The notes beneath the pieces were generated by a model that searched no databases, was not told where the DNA came from, and saw nothing but the letters and a program-made list of their open reading frames with translations. The translations under genes were made by a program, and so were the position numbers. From contig CAZIVL010000001.1 of the NCBI GenBank assembly GCA_964543035.1, positions 45,714-109,713 on the forward strand: DNA of 64,000 nt, written 5' to 3'. Each line of letters begins with the position of its first letter. Positions within the stretch are counted from its first letter, which is position 1. This stretch comes from an uncultured Gammaproteobacteria bacterium (GTDB lineage Bacteria; Patescibacteriota; Microgenomatia; CAZETR01; Amesbacteraceae). This document shows positions 41,192-50,147 of this stretch, piece by piece.

Positions 41192-41626
41192 ATGCCAACA
41201 ATCAATCAGCTCATCAGAAAAGGTCGCAAAGCCAAAGGCTTCAAAGTCAAAGCGACCGCACTACGCAGGTCTTTCAATGCCAAGGATCGCCGGTTTGTGG
41301 ATACCAAGAGCCCCTTCAAAAGGGGAGTTTTAACCGTCGTTCGTACCATGACTCCTCGTAAGCCAAATTCAGCTTTGCGCAAGGTAGCCCGTGTCAGACT
41401 CTCAAACAAATACGAAGTTACCGCCTACATCCCAGGCATTGGTCACAACCTAGCCGAGCACGGTATAGTCTTGGTCAGAGGTGGTCGGGTAAAAGATCTT
41501 TCCGGAGTAAAATATCACATCGTCCGTGGCAAGTACGATTCCGCCGGAGTCGAGACCAGACGTCAAGGTCGCTCCCGTTATGGCACCAAAGCAGTTAGTG
41601 GACCCAAAGGCGCCGCAGCCAGTTAA
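41192..41626 (+). CDS. rpsL: 30S ribosomal protein S12
   Basis: [12 protein letters not shown]…[13 protein letters not shown]…. Confidence 0.95.
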   Translation: MPTINQLIRKGRKAKGFKVKATALRRSFNAKDRRFVDTKSPFKRGVLTVVRTMTPRKPNSALRKVARVRLSNKYEVTAYIPGIGHNLAEHGIVLVRGGRVKDLSGVKYHIVRGKYDSAGVETRRQGRSRYGTKAVSGPKGAAAS

Positions 41627-41627
41627 T

Positions 41628-41669
41628 CATTAAACATTAAACATTAAACATTAAACATTAAACATTAAA
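41628..41669 (+). repeat. (CATTAAA)6 perfect heptamer tandem repeat filling the rpsL–rpsG spacer
   Basis: Seen directly, starts 2 nt after the rpsL stop. Confidence 0.9.
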
Positions 41670-41675
41670 GAAAGT

Positions 41676-42152
41676 ATGAGATCAAAAACCAAATCAATCA
41701 GAACCGTGTCCGCCGATCCAGTGTATAACTCGGTTACCGTGACCAAAGTTATAAACAGATCCATGATCGATGGCAAAAAGTCCGTCGCCCAAAAACAGAT
41801 CTACAAGACCATCGATATTCTGAAGGAAAAAACCGGCAAAGATGGCCTAGAAGTTTTCGAGCAAGCTTTGGAAAACATCAAGCCTCAGATGGAAGTTCGA
41901 GCGCGGCGCGTGGGTGGTGCCGCTTACCAAGTCCCTTCTCCCGTGCGTGGAGTCCGTCGTGATGCTTTGAGTATCCGCTGGCTAGTCACAGCAGCGAGAG
42001 CCAGATCAAACTCTGATTTTCACTCATACGCCGAAAAGTTAGCCGCCGAGCTCTTGGACGCCCTCAACAATTCTGGTGCCGCCATAAAAAAGAAGTTAGA
42101 TACTCACAGAATGGCCGAAGCAAACAAAGCCTTCGCCCATTTCAGATGGTAA
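41676..42152 (+). CDS. rpsG: 30S ribosomal protein S7
   Basis: S7-like 158 aa. Confidence 0.95.
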   Translation: MRSKTKSIRTVSADPVYNSVTVTKVINRSMIDGKKSVAQKQIYKTIDILKEKTGKDGLEVFEQALENIKPQMEVRARRVGGAAYQVPSPVRGVRRDALSIRWLVTAARARSNSDFHSYAEKLAAELLDALNNSGAAIKKKLDTHRMAEANKAFAHFRW

Positions 42153-42199
42153 TTTTTATAAATACTTAATACTTTATACATAATACGTAATACAAATTT

Positions 42200-42799
42200 A
42201 TGTCACACTACACAGGACCAAAAAACCGATTATCCAGAAGAGAAGGCCTAGATCTCTTTGGCAAAGGCAACAAGCTCAGAAGGGCCGCCCAAGCTCCCGG
42301 CCAGCACGGCGCCAAGATGGTCAGACGCAAGTCCAACTATGGCATTCAGCTTCGCGAAAAGCAAAAGACCAGGAGATTGTACGGACTGGTCGAAGGCCAG
42401 TTCAGTGGCCTCTTTGCCAAGGCTTTGGAAGAAAAAGGCAAGACCGGTGAGATCTTGCTTCGCCTGCTAGAAACCAGGCTCGACAACGTAGTCTACCGCC
42501 TAGGTTTTGCCCCCACTCGTAGTATGGCCCGCCAGCTAGTTTCGCACAATCATGTCAAAGTAGACGGTAGGGTTGTAAATATCCCCTCCTTTCTGGTAAA
42601 ATCAGGTCATAAGATTTCTCTAGACGAAAAAGCTGTCCTGATTCCAGCCGTCAAGACTCGCCTAGAAAATAAAGACGTTGCACTCCCTGCCTGGTTGCAA
42701 AGACTTGATTCAACTGGTACCATTGAGCGCTTCCCCACAAGAAGCGAAATCGATACCCCAGTGAACGAGCAATTAATTGTTGAATATTATTCAAGATAA
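42200..42799 (+). CDS. rpsD: 30S ribosomal protein S4
   Basis: MSHYTGPKNRLSRREG…; S4 domain. Confidence 0.9.
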   Translation: MSHYTGPKNRLSRREGLDLFGKGNKLRRAAQAPGQHGAKMVRRKSNYGIQLREKQKTRRLYGLVEGQFSGLFAKALEEKGKTGEILLRLLETRLDNVVYRLGFAPTRSMARQLVSHNHVKVDGRVVNIPSFLVKSGHKISLDEKAVLIPAVKTRLENKDVALPAWLQRLDSTGTIERFPTRSEIDTPVNEQLIVEYYSR

Positions 42800-43716
42800 T
42801 GACTAAACCACAATTTACAGTAGTTTCCGAAAATGCATCTGCAAATTTTGCAAAGTTCGTCATCGAACCTCTACCTCAAGGTTTTGGTCACACTCTAGGC
42901 AATTCTCTTCGCCGTGTTCTATATAGCTCTATCCCAGGCGCAGCTATTACTAGTATTACCATAAATGGCGCCACTCACCAATTCACCAGTATCGAAGGCG
43001 TCCAAGAGGACGTCATTCAATTGGTTTTGAATCTAAAGCAGGTTCGCGTTTCTTACACTGGTGACAAGCCCGCTCATATCACTCTTTCCGCCAAGGGTCC
43101 AGGCGAGGTAAAAGCCGGAGATTTTGAGTTGACGACTGGTGTCACTATTGCCAATCCAGAGTTAGTCATTGCTCATCTTTCTGACAAGTCCGCCAAGTTA
43201 GAGCTCGAAGCCACTGTGGAAGCCGGACTTGGCTATTCTCCCGCCGAAGATCGCAGAAGTGCCACCGTGGGAGTCATCCCCATGGACGCCACCTTCACCC
43301 CAGTTAGTCGGGTAAATTACACAGTCGAAGCCACTCGCGTCGGCCGTGTTACCAATTTTGACAAACTGCTTCTCGAAGTAACGACCGATGGTACCGTATC
43401 TCCCAAGGCCGCTCTTTCCACTGCTTCCGCCACATTGGTCGAATACTTCTCAGCCATCTCAAATCCCGAGTCAGATGACGTCTCTTCTCCTGCTACTTCT
43501 TCTACCAAGACGACAGTTGGTAGTACCGTCGCCGTCGAAGAGTTAGATCTCCCAACTCGCATTGCCAATGCACTTCAAAAAGCAGGTTTCGCGACCGTTG
43601 CCGATCTGTTGTCTACTCCAAAAGAGACACTCGCTAAGGTAAAAAATCTTGGTGGCAAATCGGTCAAGATTATTGAAGTCGCGCTCAGGGAGCGTGGGTT
43701 TGAAATGACCCTGTAA
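42799..43716 (+). CDS. rpoA: DNA-directed RNA polymerase subunit alpha
   Basis: 305 aa; NTD dimerisation and CTD (…LDLPTRIANALQKAGF…). Confidence 0.9.
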   Translation: MTKPQFTVVSENASANFAKFVIEPLPQGFGHTLGNSLRRVLYSSIPGAAITSITINGATHQFTSIEGVQEDVIQLVLNLKQVRVSYTGDKPAHITLSAKGPGEVKAGDFELTTGVTIANPELVIAHLSDKSAKLELEATVEAGLGYSPAEDRRSATVGVIPMDATFTPVSRVNYTVEATRVGRVTNFDKLLLEVTTDGTVSPKAALSTASATLVEYFSAISNPESDDVSSPATSSTKTTVGSTVAVEELDLPTRIANALQKAGFATVADLLSTPKETLAKVKNLGGKSVKIIEVALRERGFEMTL

Positions 43717-43717
43717 C

Positions 43718-44176
43718 ATGTCTCACAATGTATTTGGAAAAAAACTCAATCGTGACACTGGACAACGCCAAGCTCTTCTAAAAGGGCTCGCGGGGGCTAT
43801 CATTCGCTCCGAGAGTATCGAGACTACCGAGGCCAAAGCCAAAGCCGCCAAAGATCTGATCGAAAAGCTCATTACCCAAGCCAAGCGGGGATCAGTGAGT
43901 GACTTGCGCCAGATCGAGTCCACCATAGTCAGCAAAGATCTTATAGACAAACTAGTGCACGACATCGCCCCCAGATTCAAGACCAGAAACGGTGGCTATC
44001 TTAGACTCATCAAGACTGGTATCAGAGCTGGAGACAACGCATCTTTAGTTCGCATGGAATTTGTGGCCGCTTCAGTCGCAGTCGCTCCGGAAGCCCCCAA
44101 AGCCAAAGCCCCCGCCAAAAAGACCACCCCTGTTAAAAAAGTTTCTTCAAAGAAAAAAGCGTCATCCCGAGTGTAA
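43718..44176 (+). CDS. rplQ: 50S ribosomal protein L17 (C-terminus extended through repeat R11)
   Basis: L17-like core; last codons …SSRV* are encoded by the GTCATCCCGAGTGTAA repeat variant. Confidence 0.9.
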   Translation: MSHNVFGKKLNRDTGQRQALLKGLAGAIIRSESIETTEAKAKAAKDLIEKLITQAKRGSVSDLRQIESTIVSKDLIDKLVHDIAPRFKTRNGGYLRLIKTGIRAGDNASLVRMEFVAASVAVAPEAPKAKAPAKKTTPVKKVSSKKKASSRV

Positions 44177-44191
44177 CGAGGGACCAGTACC
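44161..44191 (+). repeat. Repeat family variant R11: GTCATCCCGAGTGTAACGAGGGACCAGTACC between rplQ and rplM
   Basis: Seen directly; supplies the rplQ stop. Confidence 0.6.
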
Positions 44192-44192
44192 T

Positions 44193-44645
44193 ATGAAAAC
44201 ATACTCAATAAAATCTGGCGAGATCACCCGCAAGTGGCATCTTATTGATGCTAAGACTGGGAGATTAGGCAGGCTCGCGACTCAGATCGCGATTTTTTTG
44301 ATGGGCAAGCACAAGCCCGAGTTCACAGCTCACTTAGACATGGGTGATCATGTGGTAGTTATCAATGCAGCAGATGTAGAGGTCACTGGTCGCAAAGAAT
44401 TGCAAAAGGTCTATCACAGACATTCAGGTTTCCCAGGGGGCAAGAGAGAGACTCCACTTTTCAGAATGCGTGCCACTTTCCCAGAGAGAATTATTCTCAA
44501 AGCAGTCAGCGGCATGTTGCCAGATAACAAGCTCAAGGCAAAAAGACTTCTCCACCTCCATATCTTCAAAGACTCAAATCACCCATATACCAAAAACTTT
44601 AAAAAAATCACATCCGAATTAACTAATTCACAAATCACTAATTAA
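44193..44645 (+). CDS. rplM: 50S ribosomal protein L13 (with N/Q/T-rich C-terminal tail)
   Basis: ORF 44061.. trimmed to MKTYSIKSGEITRKWHLIDA; tail …ELTNSQITN is encoded by AACTAAT/TCACAAA/TCACTAA heptamer-like repeats. Confidence 0.85.
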   Translation: MKTYSIKSGEITRKWHLIDAKTGRLGRLATQIAIFLMGKHKPEFTAHLDMGDHVVVINAADVEVTGRKELQKVYHRHSGFPGGKRETPLFRMRATFPERIILKAVSGMLPDNKLKAKRLLHLHIFKDSNHPYTKNFKKITSELTNSQITN

Positions 44646-44653
44646 CTAAAACA

Positions 44654-45058
44654 ATGACAGACACCAAGCCAAAAATCGTAGCTTCCGCCATCGGTCGTCG
44701 CAAGTCGGCTATCGCTTCAGTGCGCCTGATTCCCGGAAACGGTGAGCTGACAGTCAATGGCAAGCCCGGGACTGAATATTTCCCAGGTCTTCACGCCGCT
44801 CCCAAGTACAATTCTCCTTTCAAGACTCTCGATGTCTCAAAGTACGCAGTCAGTGTCCGCGTGCATGGCGGCGGCCCCGCAGGTCAGCTAGACGCAGTTG
44901 TTTTGGGTATCGCCAGAGCGCTCGTTGAAGTAAAAGAAGCATTCAAAAAGCCTCTTCGCGACGCCGGTCTTCTGACCCGCGATTCCCGTGAGCGCCAGAG
45001 ACGCCACATCGGCACTGGTGGTAAGGCCCGCAGGCGCAAGCAATCCCCCAAGCGATAA
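44654..45058 (+). CDS. rpsI: 30S ribosomal protein S9
   Basis: …GRRKSAIASVRL…KARRRKQSPKR. Confidence 0.9.
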   Translation: MTDTKPKIVASAIGRRKSAIASVRLIPGNGELTVNGKPGTEYFPGLHAAPKYNSPFKTLDVSKYAVSVRVHGGGPAGQLDAVVLGIARALVEVKEAFKKPLRDAGLLTRDSRERQRRHIGTGGKARRRKQSPKR

Positions 45059-45063
45059 TTTTT

Positions 45064-45211
45064 GTCATCCTGAACGCACCCCTGTCATCCTGAGCGTCCT
45101 GTACCACTCATATCACACTCGCTTTTTTATTGTCATCCTGGACGCCCTGTACCACTCATATCACACTCGCTTTTTTATTGTCATCCTGAACGCAGTGAAG
45201 GATCCAGTACC
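45064..45211 (+). repeat. Cluster of four GTCATCCTG[A/G] heads including a tandem 48-bp duplication (GTCATCCTGRGCGYCCTGTACCACTCATATCACACTCGCTTTTTTATT x2), ending in …GAAGGATCCAGTACC
   Basis: Seen directly; begins 5 nt after the rpsI stop; the 3' part encodes the C-terminus and stop of the minus-strand GIY-YIG gene. Confidence 0.85.
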
Positions 45212-45486
45212 GCCAGATCATTCCATCCAGGATTATTCATTTCAATCAATTCCAGTTTCTTTTGTCTCTTCCACCCCTTAATTTTTTTCTCCACTTCAAT
45301 CGCTTCCATCGGCCTATCAAACTCCTCAAAATAAACTAACATCTTCAAACTATATTTACTAGTAAACTCCGAAAACCCTCCCTGTCTGTGCTGCCAAATT
45401 CGCTTTACTAGATCTCCTGTCATCCCTACATACAACGTTCCGTTTCTCTTGTTAGTTACAATATATACCCAATATTTTTTATCCAC
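45181..45486 (-). CDS. GIY-YIG nuclease family protein (YhbQ/UPF0213-like)
   Basis: YWVYIV…NGTLYVGMTGDLVKRIWQH…; 101 aa; GTG start; flanked on both sides by repeat clusters. Confidence 0.7.
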   Translation of the reverse strand: MDKKYWVYIVTNKRNGTLYVGMTGDLVKRIWQHRQGGFSEFTSKYSLKMLVYFEEFDRPMEAIEVEKKIKGWKRQKKLELIEMNNPGWNDLAVLDPSLRSG

Positions 45487-45514
45487 ATTTTCATTATGTC
45501 ACCCCAGTCGAACC

Positions 45515-45597
45515 TGTCATTCTGAACCGCAGTGAAGAATCCAGCTCATCCCCTTGTCATCCTGACCCCGCAGCTGCGGGGGAAGGATCCAGTACCA
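45515..45597 (+). repeat. Two adjacent repeat copies (GTCATTCTGAACCGCAGTGAAGAATCCAGC and GTCATCCTGACCCCGCAGCTGCGGGGGAAGGATCCAGTACC)
   Basis: Seen directly, between two minus-strand genes. Confidence 0.85.
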
Positions 45598-45598
45598 G

Positions 45599-46291
45599 TT
45601 ACAGATACCTAAAAGTAGTCAGAGCCTTTTCTATATACTCCGGCAGTTTTATGAGTCCAGTCGCGTCATCCCGGCTATAGATATTAGAAGAAATCAATAT
45701 CATTTGGTTGCCGTCCGGGATCATGACATAAGTCTCTCCCCATGACCCACAGTTACTAGTCGCAATCAGGGCGTTTTTATTCATAACGACGATATCTTGG
45801 TAGTAGCGCACACAAGCCGTAGTCGGTGGTTTATTTCGAGTCAGCCACACTCTTCTCGATCCGTTTTCATAGTTGTTGTAGACCTCGACTTTGTACAGAT
45901 CTTTACACAACTTATTTTCTTCGTTTGCTCCCCGGGGTAGGTAGCATTCCAAGATTGTTACATTCACTCCAGCTTTATAGTTACCCAGATCTTGTCTATT
46001 ACTAAATATTCCTCTCATGGTCGTGTCGTATTGGATAGAGAACCCCGCTTGATTATCTGTATATGTTTTCCAGCTCGGCTGAGTTTTGTATTGGATTATT
46101 TTTGATAGTGCGGCACTCGTGGGTTCCGGCATGTCCGTTTCAGGTGCGGGCGTTGGCGTCACGACCACCGTGTTTGTCACTACTTGTTTTGAGGTCGTAT
46201 ATCTACCAATGAGAAATCCACTAAACGTACACACCACACTCACCCCAAAAAACAAAAAGTATCTCAGTAGCTCTTTATGATGATTTTCCAC
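45599..46291 (-). CDS. Membrane-anchored hypothetical protein
   Basis: 230 aa; N-terminal TM, PT-rich linker, Cys-containing ectodomain. Confidence 0.4.
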   Translation of the reverse strand: MENHHKELLRYFLFFGVSVVCTFSGFLIGRYTTSKQVVTNTVVVTPTPAPETDMPEPTSAALSKIIQYKTQPSWKTYTDNQAGFSIQYDTTMRGIFSNRQDLGNYKAGVNVTILECYLPRGANEENKLCKDLYKVEVYNNYENGSRRVWLTRNKPPTTACVRYYQDIVVMNKNALIATSNCGSWGETYVMIPDGNQMILISSNIYSRDDATGLIKLPEYIEKALTTFRYL

Positions 46292-46317
46292 TTCTCCACA
46301 AGTTTATCAGATTTGTC

Positions 46318-47052
46318 TTATTTCAACACTATATTTCCATTAGTTCCAAGCTCCAAGGCTTTCCCAAACGATTCGGCCGTTTGTCCAAATCCAGTAGTCA
46401 TCCTGCCCGCCAGATGGTCGGGGTCCTTTCCATAAACCTTGCTATTATAATCACCCCACATCACAGTCGGTTGTTCAGGTCTAATCTTCGAGTAATCGCC
46501 CTCATTCTTCCAGTGGCCATCTGTTTTAAGTGGGGGCTTAGGAAAGGGAGCTTCGTGTCCTGCGGCCAAATCTCTCATAACTTCGCCAAATCTGGCCAAC
46601 ACTTCCACCGGCGCAGCCAGCTGCTTTGAGGAAAGTGGAAAGCTATCCGATCCAGGATGAAGTTTTCTATCATCCAAACTCATAGTCGCATGCTGAACTT
46701 GTACACCATCCGTATCTTCCGGACGAACCAGAAGTACCACGGGTATGTCGTAGGTTTTTCCATCTATATCTTTGAATTTTGCTTTATGATATGACACCCC
46801 TCGATTAGCTATTTTTGGTCGTTTACCGTCGCGACTTCCAGCAAGTGACAATTCTGGAGTGTGGACTACAGTTTTGGGATGGTATTGCTCTTCCATCTCC
46901 GCGCGTTCCTCAGGAGTAATGTTTCGATCGCCCCATATCTTAATAGCCGTAGTTAGACTACCTAAATTCACTTGTGTTTCAGAATTCAGTCCAGCCCAAG
47001 GATCTTCCACAGCTTTCACTCTCACCTCAGCCCCTATAGTTTCATCAGCCAT
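46318..47052 (-). CDS. Hypothetical protein
   Basis: 244-aa ORF, no recognised motifs. Confidence 0.4.
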   Translation of the reverse strand: MADETIGAEVRVKAVEDPWAGLNSETQVNLGSLTTAIKIWGDRNITPEERAEMEEQYHPKTVVHTPELSLAGSRDGKRPKIANRGVSYHKAKFKDIDGKTYDIPVVLLVRPEDTDGVQVQHATMSLDDRKLHPGSDSFPLSSKQLAAPVEVLARFGEVMRDLAAGHEAPFPKPPLKTDGHWKNEGDYSKIRPEQPTVMWGDYNSKVYGKDPDHLAGRMTTGFGQTAESFGKALELGTNGNIVLK

Positions 47053-47082
47053 AACCAGATTCTACCAAAATGCTAGACTAAA

Positions 47083-47727
47083 TTGGTGATTAAGAAATTT
47101 CTTATTCTTCTTGGCATTATTTTATTTCTAGTCTGGTTTGTCCCCACCACATCTAGGTTTCCTGTCCAAGATCTCGCTCCCGAAGATCTGGTGAAGGTCC
47201 AAGAGCTATTTGCAAAAAACAAATTAGATTTAGACAATTTTTACCCAACCCGAGTAATATCAAGCGAGTATGGCAACTTTCACGTCCGGGGGCATCAGGT
47301 CTTCAAAGGTGTGACAGTCTACCAAGATTTGATTTTTCATTTTGATGACAACGGAGACTACGAGTCTATTTCAGGATATCCAGCCGCAAATATTTCCTTT
47401 TCAAACAATCCCCAGATTACTCTTCCAGACACATTCGGATATCAGTATTTTCGTCCGATCCCGTTCACCCCAAAGCCATTCATACCTTCATATATAGCCA
47501 GTCTTAGATCCCGCTTTCTCATGGGCTTTCCCTACTTCTTCTTTCCTCAGCATGCGTCTCTTGCGATTTATGATCGTCATTCTGGAGAAAGTTACATGAG
47601 CCAAGACTGGACTCTGGTATGGGAGATCGTACCCTTTAAATTCGGCAATTACCCCCAAGTCTTGATCGATGCCTTTTCAGGCAAAGTTCTTTACTACGAC
47701 AACGGCATTCGGACTGGTACTTATTGA
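47083..47727 (+). CDS. Membrane-anchored hypothetical protein
   Basis: 214 aa; N-terminal TM. Confidence 0.4.
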   Translation: MVIKKFLILLGIILFLVWFVPTTSRFPVQDLAPEDLVKVQELFAKNKLDLDNFYPTRVISSEYGNFHVRGHQVFKGVTVYQDLIFHFDDNGDYESISGYPAANISFSNNPQITLPDTFGYQYFRPIPFTPKPFIPSYIASLRSRFLMGFPYFFFPQHASLAIYDRHSGESYMSQDWTLVWEIVPFKFGNYPQVLIDAFSGKVLYYDNGIRTGTY

Positions 47728-48410
47728 CTGGGTACTGCTACACTAAATACGTGTCCAAGAAGTTTGGTTTGGCAGTACTGACTGCTGGAGTAATGGCCGC
47801 AGCCGGCATGGGATTTAAGAATTTTGTAAACCCTTATGAGACAGTTTACAAAATAGCCGATGGGGACACTGTGATATTAGAAAACAACAAACAAGCAGTC
47901 AGATTATTTGGTATAGATTCCCCCGAACCAGAGTATTGTTACGGCGCTGAGTCGACGCGAAGACTTGACCAGCTTCTAAAGAAACGCAAAGTTCAGATCA
48001 AAGAACCGGTCGTGGACAAGTTTGGTCGCATTGTGGCGCTGGTTTATGTAGACGGCAAATCCATAAATGAGGCCATGATTCGAGAAGGTTTTGCCGCTTA
48101 CAGGAGCGAGCCGGGGAGTGAAAAAGAGACCATGAAAGCGGCGCACGAATATGCCAAGACAAACAAGATTGGTATTTATTCCAGTGCTTGTTCAGACGAG
48201 GCGCCAACAGATCCCAAATGTGATATCAAAGGCAACCACGATTTAGATCGCAACGAATTTGTATATCTTTTACCTGAATGTCCATATTATGGAGTGGTAA
48301 ATGTTCGTCGTTTCGAAGGGGACCAGTGGTTCTGTAGTGAGAAGGAAGCGAGAAAAGCCGGCTTCACCATTTCCCCCGCCTGCTCCATGGGCACAAATCG
48401 CTCAAATTAA
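47724..48410 (+). CDS. Membrane-anchored thermonuclease (SNase-like) with Cys-rich C-terminal extension
   Basis: SNase motifs (…DGDTV…RLFGIDSPE…, …GRIVALVYVDGKSINEAMIREGFA); N-terminal TM; C-terminal ~70 aa with 5 Cys. Confidence 0.7.
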   Translation: MTGYCYTKYVSKKFGLAVLTAGVMAAAGMGFKNFVNPYETVYKIADGDTVILENNKQAVRLFGIDSPEPEYCYGAESTRRLDQLLKKRKVQIKEPVVDKFGRIVALVYVDGKSINEAMIREGFAAYRSEPGSEKETMKAAHEYAKTNKIGIYSSACSDEAPTDPKCDIKGNHDLDRNEFVYLLPECPYYGVVNVRRFEGDQWFCSEKEARKAGFTISPACSMGTNRSN

Positions 48411-49169
48411 CTTCAACTGCTTCGTCTCGGTCGTGCGATAACTACTTAGTACACTCAACACCTCGTGCAACTTATTTTCAGGAAATAAGTGTTTTGGATA
48501 TATCTCGATTATTTCGATGTTATGTTTCTTGGCCAGTTCCAGTTTTCTATTCTTTAGCTGAGAATAAGCAGCAAGCTGTCCATCGAGTCCAAAAAATTCA
48601 ATCCATTTATCTCCAACTACAAAATCTACAGTAAATCCTTCGTCACCAGGATACGGAGCCCATCTTTGGTGATTAATTTTCTTACAACTCAACCAGTCGT
48701 CAATAATCATTTCAGATACTGAATCGCATACATGTCCATCCCGGGCTATATACTTTTTCGAAAATAATACCGGGTTTGGATCAAATCCTGCAGCCACAAT
48801 AGCCTTATTCCAAGTCCCAAAACGCCCTCTGGTTGCATGATAGTACTTAAACTCTCTTTTTAGAGGGATCCTCCCATTAGCCTTATAAAATTCTTGTATT
48901 CCATGTAGGATCACTTCTTTTGGGACGATCTGACTGTCACTATGACACTTGGCTGAACAATATCTTTTCCTACTTACAAACTCCTTGTTACAAAACTCAC
49001 ACTTTTTTCTCACCCCTGGATGCTTTGGGAATTTTGTGTTATTCACAGTTACAGCGCAACTACGCGAACAGTAATAGGAAACACACCTCAAGTCACTCAC
49101 TTTTCTATAAAAAACATTGCCACAATTTGGCCTACTACATACCAGGGTAATTCCATTACTTTTCCTCAT
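48402..49169 (-). CDS. Zn-finger protein with homing-endonuclease-associated (GRFGTWNKAIVAAGF) motif and C-terminal PD-(D/E)xK-like domain; putative nuclease
   Basis: Multiple CxxC pairs at N-terminus; C-terminal …VDFVVGDKWIEFFG… resembles restriction-endonuclease-like fold. Confidence 0.4.
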   Translation of the reverse strand: MRKSNGITLVCSRPNCGNVFYRKVSDLRCVSYYCSRSCAVTVNNTKFPKHPGVRKKCEFCNKEFVSRKRYCSAKCHSDSQIVPKEVILHGIQEFYKANGRIPLKREFKYYHATRGRFGTWNKAIVAAGFDPNPVLFSKKYIARDGHVCDSVSEMIIDDWLSCKKINHQRWAPYPGDEGFTVDFVVGDKWIEFFGLDGQLAAYSQLKNRKLELAKKHNIEIIEIYPKHLFPENKLHEVLSVLSSYRTTETKQLKLI

Positions 49170-49364
49170 AACCTATCACGTCCTACTTCCACACCGATCT
49201 CAATATTCAGTATAAAACCAAACAAAACCCCAAGTCAATATCCTATTTTAGTCGGGGAGCGGAGAGTCGCACTCCGGCCTCATGACCCCCAGCCACGAAT
49301 TCTACTGTTAAACTACTCCCCGATGTTTGTATTTTAGCTTATCTCAGGCTAAAATTTAAGCTCA

Positions 49365-50147
49365 ATGCTAGCCACTTTCAAAGAAACTCTAAAAAGTCTC
49401 CAGGACAAGACATACGGGGGAGAAATAATAAAAAAATCATTAAGCCAAGTCATCTGGTATTGGACCAAGTATCTTTTACTCTTCGCCCTCATCCCTCTTA
49501 TTTTGACCATCGGCAGTCTGACCTACTCAGTACCCCAGTTGCCCAATACTCTAAGAAACCAGCTACCCGAGTTTGTAGGTGGCATCAAAGATCACCAGTT
49601 TTTTACAAAAAATACTGAACCCTTGAGATTTCAGGATCCCAATTTTCTATTTGTTTTAGACCCATCAGCCTCCGAGAGTGCTCTCGCCTCAGTTTCAGCT
49701 GGCGTCGTCATTTCGCAGGATCAGATGTTTTTCAAAGACAATGGGACCACCAGATCCCAGGATTATTCCGACATTCCCGATTTTGAGATTGCAAAAAATC
49801 AATTAGTAGATTGGACCAATTCCAATCAGCTTCTCATCTGGGCAGTTCTCATGGGTATTGTAATCGTCTTAGGTATTATCCTGGTCGTTTTGTACTGGGC
49901 TTATCGTTTTATTACCTTTTGGATTTGGGCAGCAGTAGTTTGGTTACTGGCCCGGATTTTGAAAAAGACTCTCGTCTACACCGACGCTTTCAAACTAGTA
50001 GTTTACGCCTCCGTCTTACCCCTTCTCATCTCAGCCGTTTTGTTTGTCGCCCCGAGTGACGTCATGAGTCTCATTGGCTTTGGAGTGTTTATATTCTTTA
50101 CAGTCAGCTGGATAATTAATTTGAAACAGAGTACTATAAAGTCATGA
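49365..50147 (+). CDS. Integral membrane protein (hypothetical)
   Basis: 260 aa, several TM helices. Confidence 0.4.
   Translation: MLATFKETLKSLQDKTYGGEIIKKSLSQVIWYWTKYLLLFALIPLILTIGSLTYSVPQLPNTLRNQLPEFVGGIKDHQFFTKNTEPLRFQDPNFLFVLDPSASESALASVSAGVVISQDQMFFKDNGTTRSQDYSDIPDFEIAKNQLVDWTNSNQLLIWAVLMGIVIVLGIILVVLYWAYRFITFWIWAAVVWLLARILKKTLVYTDAFKLVVYASVLPLLISAVLFVAPSDVMSLIGFGVFIFFTVSWIINLKQSTIKS

Noticed and set aside
44061-44192. N-terminal extension of the rplM ORF (MWPLQSQSLRKPPKPKPPPKRPP…)
   Set aside because: It is the out-of-frame read of the rplQ C-terminus and repeat R11. The conserved L13 start MKTYSIKSG at 44193 is preceded by the rplQ stop.
45064-45211. Possible CRISPR array (regularly spaced GTCATCCTG heads)
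   Set aside because: Only four heads, with unequal spacing (20, 48, 48 nt). The 'spacers' are themselves duplicated (tandem 48-bp unit). No cas genes are present. The head belongs to the dispersed repeat family found singly elsewhere.
49251-49325. tRNA-like sequence on minus strand (7-bp acceptor CGGGGAG/CUCCCCG, U8, T-arm-like CGGAG-UGCGACU-CUCCG)
   Set aside because: No acceptable D-arm or anticodon stem can be formed, and the T-loop deviates from TΨCRA, so it is not reported as a tRNA.
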